Origin: Chthoniobacteraceae bacterium
GTDB taxonomy: Bacteria > Verrucomicrobiota > Verrucomicrobiia > Chthoniobacterales > Chthoniobacteraceae
Direction: 5' to 3'
Assembly (NCBI GenBank): GCA_031409655.1
Contig: JANNXQ010000023.1
Coordinates: forward strand, 1-11,967
Length of the DNA stretch: 11,967 nucleotides
Positions 6,733 through 11,967 of the stretch are shown one piece after another. How positions within the stretch are numbered: the stretch's first letter is position 1; each line of letters opens with the position of its first letter. The notes under the pieces are model-generated. The model had not been told where the DNA came from. It worked only from the letters and a program-made list of their open reading frames with translations, and ran no database searches. The translations under genes and the position numbers were made by a program.

Positions 6733-7628
6733 ACGCAGACCGCTCCTTCCTCGACCCGGCGGTCCTCAGCCGCCTTATGGCTCTGCCGCTGCACGCGCGG
6801 CACGCGATGCTCGGCAATGTCTCCGGCAAACATCGCAGCCCGGTGCGCGGTTCGTCGCTGGAGTTTGCGCAGTATCGAAAGTACGTCCCCGGCGATGACA
6901 CGCGCCGGCTCGACTGGCGCACTTGGGGGCGCAGCGATCGCTTTTACATTAAGGAATTCGAAGCCGACACGAACCTGCGCCTCTGCCTGCTCATCGACAC
7001 CAGCGGCTCGATGGACTTCGGACCGAAAGGCGCGACGCGGCTCGACTACGCGCGGCGCGTCGCCGGGACGCTGAGTTATCTCGCCGCACAACAGGGCGAC
7101 GCGGTCGGGCTCTGGAGCATGGCGGCAAAGGTGATCGAGATTCCGCCGAAGCGCGGCGCCTCGCATCTCGGCCTCGTGCTCGATCAGATGGCGGGCCTCG
7201 CGCCGATCGGCGGCACCACGCTGCTCACGGCGTTGCACGATGCCGCGGAGAAGATCCGGCAGCGGGCGCTCGTCGTCATCCTCTCGGATTTCTTCGTGCC
7301 GCCCGCGGAGCTGAAGTCCGCGATCCAGCATCTGCGCTTCCGCAAGCACGACGTCGCGGCGTTTCATCTGCTGGATCAAAAGGAACTCGATTTCGACTTC
7401 GATCGACCCGCGCGCTTCGTCGATCTCGAGGGCGGTGAACCGGTGCTCGCGGATCCTTCGCTGATCGCCCGCAACTACCGCGAAGCCGTGCGCCTCTACC
7501 TCGCGGAGATGGATGAACTCGTCCGCACCACCGGCATGGATTATCATCGCGTGAAAATGCACGAGGCCTACGACGAAGTGCTCGTGCGCTTCCTCCTCGG
7601 GCGCACTCCGAAACGCGCCGCACGATGA
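6729..7628 (+). CDS. DUF58 domain protein (MoxR-associated, VWA-like)
   Basis: GKHRSPVRGSSLEFAQYRKYVPGDDTRRLDW, IKEFEADTN, LIDTSGSM, GDAVGL, VVILSDFF. GTG start overlaps the upstream TGA; GAGGA at 6714-6718. Confidence 0.95.
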   Translation: MNADRSFLDPAVLSRLMALPLHARHAMLGNVSGKHRSPVRGSSLEFAQYRKYVPGDDTRRLDWRTWGRSDRFYIKEFEADTNLRLCLLIDTSGSMDFGPKGATRLDYARRVAGTLSYLAAQQGDAVGLWSMAAKVIEIPPKRGASHLGLVLDQMAGLAPIGGTTLLTALHDAAEKIRQRALVVILSDFFVPPAELKSAIQHLRFRKHDVAAFHLLDQKELDFDFDRPARFVDLEGGEPVLADPSLIARNYREAVRLYLAEMDELVRTTGMDYHRVKMHEAYDEVLVRFLLGRTPKRAAR

Positions 7629-9631
7629 CTTTCCTCCAGCCAGCGCTGCTCATCGCCCTGCCCCTCGCGGCGCTGCCGGTCGTCATCCATCTCATCCATC
7701 TCTACCGGCGGCGGCAGGTGAAATGGGCGGCGATGATCTTCCTACTCGCGGCACAGCGGATGAACAAAGGGCTCTCGCGTCTCCGGCAGATCCTGATCCT
7801 CGCGCTCCGCGTGCTCACCGTCGCGGCGATCCTTTTCGTCATCACGCGCCCGCTCGCCGGCGGCTGGCTCGGGCTCACTGGCGGCGCGCCGGATACCGTG
7901 CTCATCCTCCTCGATCGCTCCGCGAGCATGGAGCAGCAAAATCTCGCGACCGGCGTGAGCAAGCGCGTCGCCGGCCTGCGCAATCTTTCCAAGGCGATCA
8001 CCGACGCCGTCGGCACGCGCTCGCGCCTCGTGCTGCTCGACAGCGCGCTGGGCAAAGCGGAGCCGCTCGAGAAGGCGCAGTCGCTCCTCGATCTCCCGCA
8101 GACCGCAGCCACCGAGACTGCCGCGGACATCCCCGCACTTCTGCAAAGCGCCCTCGATTACATCACCACGAATCAGACCGGCCGCACCGATGTCTGGCTG
8201 CTCAGCGATCTCCAGCAGAGCGATTGGGACGCCTCCAGTGGGCGCTGGGAAACGCTGCGCAGCGCCTTTGCCACACTGAAGGGCGTGCGCTTTCATCTGC
8301 TCTGCTACCCCGAGGTCGCGCCCGACGATCTCGGCGTGACGGTCGAGCGGGTGGTGCGGCGGGAGACGAGTGAAAAGGCGGAACTGCTGCTCGATCTGCG
8401 GGTGGTGCGTCACGCCGATCGACCGCAGCCCGCGGAGCTGCCGTTGCGCTTCGTGATCAATGGCGCGGCCACCACGATGAAGGTTGCGCTCACCGAAAAT
8501 CAACTCGTGCTCCAAGCCCACGCGATCCCCATCGACAAGGCCACGAAGCGGGGCTCGGGCCGCGTGGAATTGCCCGCCGACTCCAGCGCCGCGAACAACA
8601 CCTTCCACTTCGTCTTCGACGAACCCGCGCCGTTGCTCTCCGTGATCGTCTCCGACGACGAAGCCGAGTCCGGTCCGCTCCAGGCAGCGCTCGCCGCGGC
8701 GGCCGAGCCCTCCCGCAAATATGTCGCGACCGTCCTGAGCACGCGGCGCACGGCCGAGATCGCGTGGGAGAATGCGGCGCTGCTCGTCTGGCACGCGCCC
8801 ATTCCAAAAGCCGACGAGGTGGTCGCACGGCAAATCCAGAACCACGTCGCCGCCGGTCGCACGGTCCTTTTCCTCCCGCCCGAATCGCCGGACGAAGCGG
8901 AGCTCTTCGGCCTCCGCTGGGAGCGCTGGATCGGCGGTCCCACGGACCAACCGCAGACCGTGGAATGGTGGCGCAACGACGCCGACCTGCTCGCCAACGC
9001 CCGCGACGGCGCAGCCCTGCCGGTCGGCACCCTCGAAGTCCTGCGCCGCTGCGGCATCGCGGGTGAGGGCATCCCGCTGGCCCGCGTCGCGGACCGCCAG
9101 CCGGTGCTGATGCGCTCGGCGCAAGTGCAGGCGGGCAGTGCCTATTTCCTCGGCACGCTGCCCGGAGCTTCCGCATCGAGTCTGGCGCGGGATGGCGTGG
9201 TGATGTTTGCCCTGCTCCACCGCGCGCTGAATGACGGTGCGCGCACCCTCGGCAAAGCCCAGCAGCGCACCGCCTCGGCCTCCGCGCTCGGCAGCGATCC
9301 GGCAAGCTGGCGGCCTCTCGAGCCCCGGGGCGAGAGCGCCATCTCCACCATGCTTCCGCTGCGCGCCGGGGTGCTCGCCGCGGGCGAGCAGATCACCGCG
9401 CTGAACCGCCCGCCCGGTGAAGATCAGCCCGGCGTGCTTTCCACCACGTTGCTCAATGAACTTTTCGCCGGACTCGATTTCCGGGTGCTCACCAATTCGC
9501 TCGAAGATGGCCGCAGCCTGACCAACGAAATCTGGCGCACCTTCCTCGTCGCGATGGCCCTCGCGCTCGTCGCGGAAGCGCTGCTCTGCATGCCGTCGAA
9601 GCGCGAGGTGAAGCCGGCGATGGCAAGCTGA
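7625..9631 (+). CDS. BatA N-terminal double-transmembrane domain + VWA domain membrane protein
   Basis: MTFLQP..L..L...ALPVVIHL...RR...W.A..FL and LALRVL...RP (BatA N-terminus); MIDAS-like LLDRSASM and LLSDLQ; hydrophobic C-terminal segment EIWRTFLVAMALALVAEALL. ATGA overlap with DUF58. Confidence 0.9.
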   Translation: MTFLQPALLIALPLAALPVVIHLIHLYRRRQVKWAAMIFLLAAQRMNKGLSRLRQILILALRVLTVAAILFVITRPLAGGWLGLTGGAPDTVLILLDRSASMEQQNLATGVSKRVAGLRNLSKAITDAVGTRSRLVLLDSALGKAEPLEKAQSLLDLPQTAATETAADIPALLQSALDYITTNQTGRTDVWLLSDLQQSDWDASSGRWETLRSAFATLKGVRFHLLCYPEVAPDDLGVTVERVVRRETSEKAELLLDLRVVRHADRPQPAELPLRFVINGAATTMKVALTENQLVLQAHAIPIDKATKRGSGRVELPADSSAANNTFHFVFDEPAPLLSVIVSDDEAESGPLQAALAAAAEPSRKYVATVLSTRRTAEIAWENAALLVWHAPIPKADEVVARQIQNHVAAGRTVLFLPPESPDEAELFGLRWERWIGGPTDQPQTVEWWRNDADLLANARDGAALPVGTLEVLRRCGIAGEGIPLARVADRQPVLMRSAQVQAGSAYFLGTLPGASASSLARDGVVMFALLHRALNDGARTLGKAQQRTASASALGSDPASWRPLEPRGESAISTMLPLRAGVLAAGEQITALNRPPGEDQPGVLSTTLLNELFAGLDFRVLTNSLEDGRSLTNEIWRTFLVAMALALVAEALLCMPSKREVKPAMAS

Positions 9632-11835
9632 TGAAACCCGCGAGCCAATCCCTCGTCTTCACACCCACGCCGACTTCGGTGGCGCTGGCGGTGGCGTTTG
9701 TGCTCGTGGTCGCGGCGCTCGCGTGGATGGCGTGGCGGCGGAGTGGATTTCGCACGGCGACGGGATGGCTCGAAGCGCTGCGCGTGCTGATCGCGATCGG
9801 GATCGCCATCACGCTCAATCAGCCGGAATGGCGCGAGGTCTTCCAGCCGGACACCAAGCCCACGCTCGCGATTCTCGCGGATGTCTCGCGCTCCATGGAG
9901 ACGTGCGATGTGCCCGCGAGCGGCAATCCTGCGGCGGAACTGCAATCGCGTGCCGATCTGGCCAAGCCGCTCACCGACCTCGCGGCGTGGCGTGAAATCG
10001 CGCAGCGGATGGACGTGGTGGTCGAGCCTTTCTCCTCCGATCAGCAACCCTCGGCCGAAGGCACCGACCTGAACACCGCGCTGCTCCAGGCTGCGGAGAA
10101 ACATCCGCGCCTGCATGCCGTGGTGCTGCTCAGCGACGGCGATTGGAATACTGGCGAGCCGCCCGCCCAAGCGGCCACGCGACTCCGGATGCGCGAGGTG
10201 CCGGTCTTCGCCGTGCCGCTCGGCACGGAGACCCGGCTGCCGGATGTCGAAGTCACGAGCTTCGACGTGCCGACCTTTGCCATCGCCGGCAAACCGCTGC
10301 GCGTGCCTTTCACCATCACCAGCTCACTGCCGCGCGATGAGGCAGCGACGATCGAGATGAAATCCTCGACCGGTGAAGTGATCACGAAATCCGTGGTCAT
10401 CCCGGCGATGAGCCGCCTCCAGGACGTGCTGATCTGGAAGCCAGAAAAGCCCGGTGACTTGAAGCTCACGCTGAGCGTGCCGAAGACGGGCGGTGAGCGT
10501 CTGCTCGAAAACAACTCCGTCGAAGCGCCGCTCTCGATCCGCAAAGAGCAACTGCGCGTGCTCGTCATCGAGACTTTCCCGCGCTGGGAATATCGCTACC
10601 TGCGCAACGCCCTGGAGCGCGATCCCGGCGTCGAGGTGAATTGCCTCCTGCTGCATCCCGATCTCGGTAAGGCGGGCGCGGGTCGTGGTTATCTCGCGGC
10701 GATGCCGAAGGAGGACGCGCTCACGAAATACGACGTCGTTTTCATCGGCGATGTGGGCACGGACAAAGGCCAGCTCACGCTCGAACAATGCACCGCCCTG
10801 CAAAAGCTCGTGCGCGATCAGGCGGCCGGGCTCGTCTTTCTGCCGGGACTGCGCGGGTATCAGGCTTCGCTGCAAACCACCGCCCTCGGCGAGCTCATGC
10901 CGATCGTCTGGGACGACACTCAGCCCCGCGGTTGGGGCACTTCGGCGCCGGGAAAATTCACGCTCACCGAAACCGGCACGCGCAGCCTGCTCACGAAACT
11001 CGAAGACACCGACGAAGCCAGCGCGCGGCTCTGGCAGACGCTCCCCGGCTTCCAATGGTATGCGCCCGCCGCGCGCGCCCGGGCCGGCAGCGAAGTGCTC
11101 GCCACGCACGGCACGGAGACGAATCGCTTTGGCCGCGTGCCGCTCATCGTCACGCGGACGCACGGCTCGGGGAAAATTCTCTTCATGGGTGCGGATGGCG
11201 CGTGGCGCTGGCGGAAAGGTGTGGAGGATAAGTATCACTACCGCTTCTGGGGTCAGGTGGTGCGCTGGATGGCCTATCAGCGGAATATGTCGCAGGGCGA
11301 AAAGATGCGGCTCTTCTACTCACCGGATCGCCCGATCGCCGGGTCCGTGCTGACGCTGAATGCGAACGTCACCAGCCTCACCGGCGAACCCCTGCGCGAC
11401 GGTGCGGTGATCGCGCAGATCACCGCGCCTTCCGGCAAGACTTCCAGCGTGCGCCTGCCGCCCGCGGGCGAAGATGCGTGGGGACTTTTCACCGGCGTCT
11501 TCACCCCGTCCGAGCCCGGCGAACACCAAGTCCGCCTTTCCTGCGCCGAGGCCGGCTCCGCGCTCGACACCACGATCTCCGTGCAGGGCACGAGTCGCGA
11601 AAAGCTCGGTCAGCCCGCGCGGATCGAGGTGCTCCGCGAGATCGCCCAGCTCACCCGCGGCAAGCTCATGGAGAGCGCCGATCCCGCCGCCGTGATCGCC
11701 GCCATCGCCGCGCTGCCGCAACCCGAGGCGCTGGAGCGCCGGGTGCAACTCTGGGCGCACCCGGCCTGGGCCGGCCTGCTCATCGTCCTGATGGGTGTGT
11801 TTTGGGTCGGAAGAAAAGCTGCGGGGACCTTTTAA
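9631..11835 (+). CDS. Membrane-anchored VWA domain protein with Ig-like and class I GATase-like domains
   Basis: Two N-terminal hydrophobic helices; ILADVSRSM, GTDL, VVLLSDG (VWA); VLVIETFPRWEYRYLRNALERDP, YDVVFIGDV, WRWR...YRFWGQVVRWMA; C-terminal TM followed by RKAAG. TGATG overlap with the upstream gene. Confidence 0.88.
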   Translation: MKPASQSLVFTPTPTSVALAVAFVLVVAALAWMAWRRSGFRTATGWLEALRVLIAIGIAITLNQPEWREVFQPDTKPTLAILADVSRSMETCDVPASGNPAAELQSRADLAKPLTDLAAWREIAQRMDVVVEPFSSDQQPSAEGTDLNTALLQAAEKHPRLHAVVLLSDGDWNTGEPPAQAATRLRMREVPVFAVPLGTETRLPDVEVTSFDVPTFAIAGKPLRVPFTITSSLPRDEAATIEMKSSTGEVITKSVVIPAMSRLQDVLIWKPEKPGDLKLTLSVPKTGGERLLENNSVEAPLSIRKEQLRVLVIETFPRWEYRYLRNALERDPGVEVNCLLLHPDLGKAGAGRGYLAAMPKEDALTKYDVVFIGDVGTDKGQLTLEQCTALQKLVRDQAAGLVFLPGLRGYQASLQTTALGELMPIVWDDTQPRGWGTSAPGKFTLTETGTRSLLTKLEDTDEASARLWQTLPGFQWYAPAARARAGSEVLATHGTETNRFGRVPLIVTRTHGSGKILFMGADGAWRWRKGVEDKYHYRFWGQVVRWMAYQRNMSQGEKMRLFYSPDRPIAGSVLTLNANVTSLTGEPLRDGAVIAQITAPSGKTSSVRLPPAGEDAWGLFTGVFTPSEPGEHQVRLSCAEAGSALDTTISVQGTSREKLGQPARIEVLREIAQLTRGKLMESADPAAVIAAIAALPQPEALERRVQLWAHPAWAGLLIVLMGVFWVGRKAAGTF

Positions 11836-11865
11836 TGATGCATCATATCGCACGCATGAATCCAA

Positions 11866-11921
11866 GGAGTCGGGACGCCCGCGCCCCGAGTAGCCACACC
11901 GGGGGCGGGCGCCCCGCCACC
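11866..11921. repeat. Imperfect REP-like inverted doublet / GC-rich hairpin
   Basis: GGAGTCGGGACGCCCGCGCCCCG (11866-11888) versus the reverse complement of 11900-11921, GGTGGCGGGGCGCCCGCCCCCG; each arm is also weakly self-palindromic. No U-tract. Confidence 0.55.
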
Positions 11922-11967
11922 GTGGCGCCGAGCCCACAACGCACCCCGCCCTTTACACGCACAGACC

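Noticed and set aside
9608..9642. GTGAAGCCGGCG / ATGAAACCCGCG similarity (VKPA vs MKPA) across the gene junction
   Set aside because: Only 9 of 12 identical in GC-rich DNA; could be a small old duplication but indistinguishable from chance.
11866..11930. Intrinsic terminator after the last CDS
   Set aside because: The hairpin lacks an adjacent U-tract on either strand; treated as REP-like.

Overview
High-GC bacterial window; gene content and repeat style suggest the PVC group (Verrucomicrobia/Planctomycetes), by inference only. Left part (1-~5100) is a decayed mosaic: the 3' part of an IS3-family element (orfA end, -1 frameshift signal, orfB, right IR) abutting a REP-like palindrome cluster, a perfect 28-bp inverted-repeat doublet, a minus-strand cohesin/dockerin-like surface-protein pseudogene split by an intact-looking IS1634-family element (TTAG target duplication), and a ThuA-like fragment truncated at both ends. 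Right part (5248-11835) is a translationally coupled MoxR / DUF58 / BatA-VWA / VWA operon. The most striking observation is a 480-bp cassette between moxR and DUF58. It carries a four-helix-bundle gene (23S rRNA IVS-protein / Avd-like) between inverted (TCGTCC)5 and (GGACGA)5 arrays that can pair over 34 bp. It is bounded by a duplicated GCGnCGTGA stop/start junction, and its removal restores a GTGA moxR-DUF58 overlap. It is a candidate transposase-free, mRNA-embedded intervening element.
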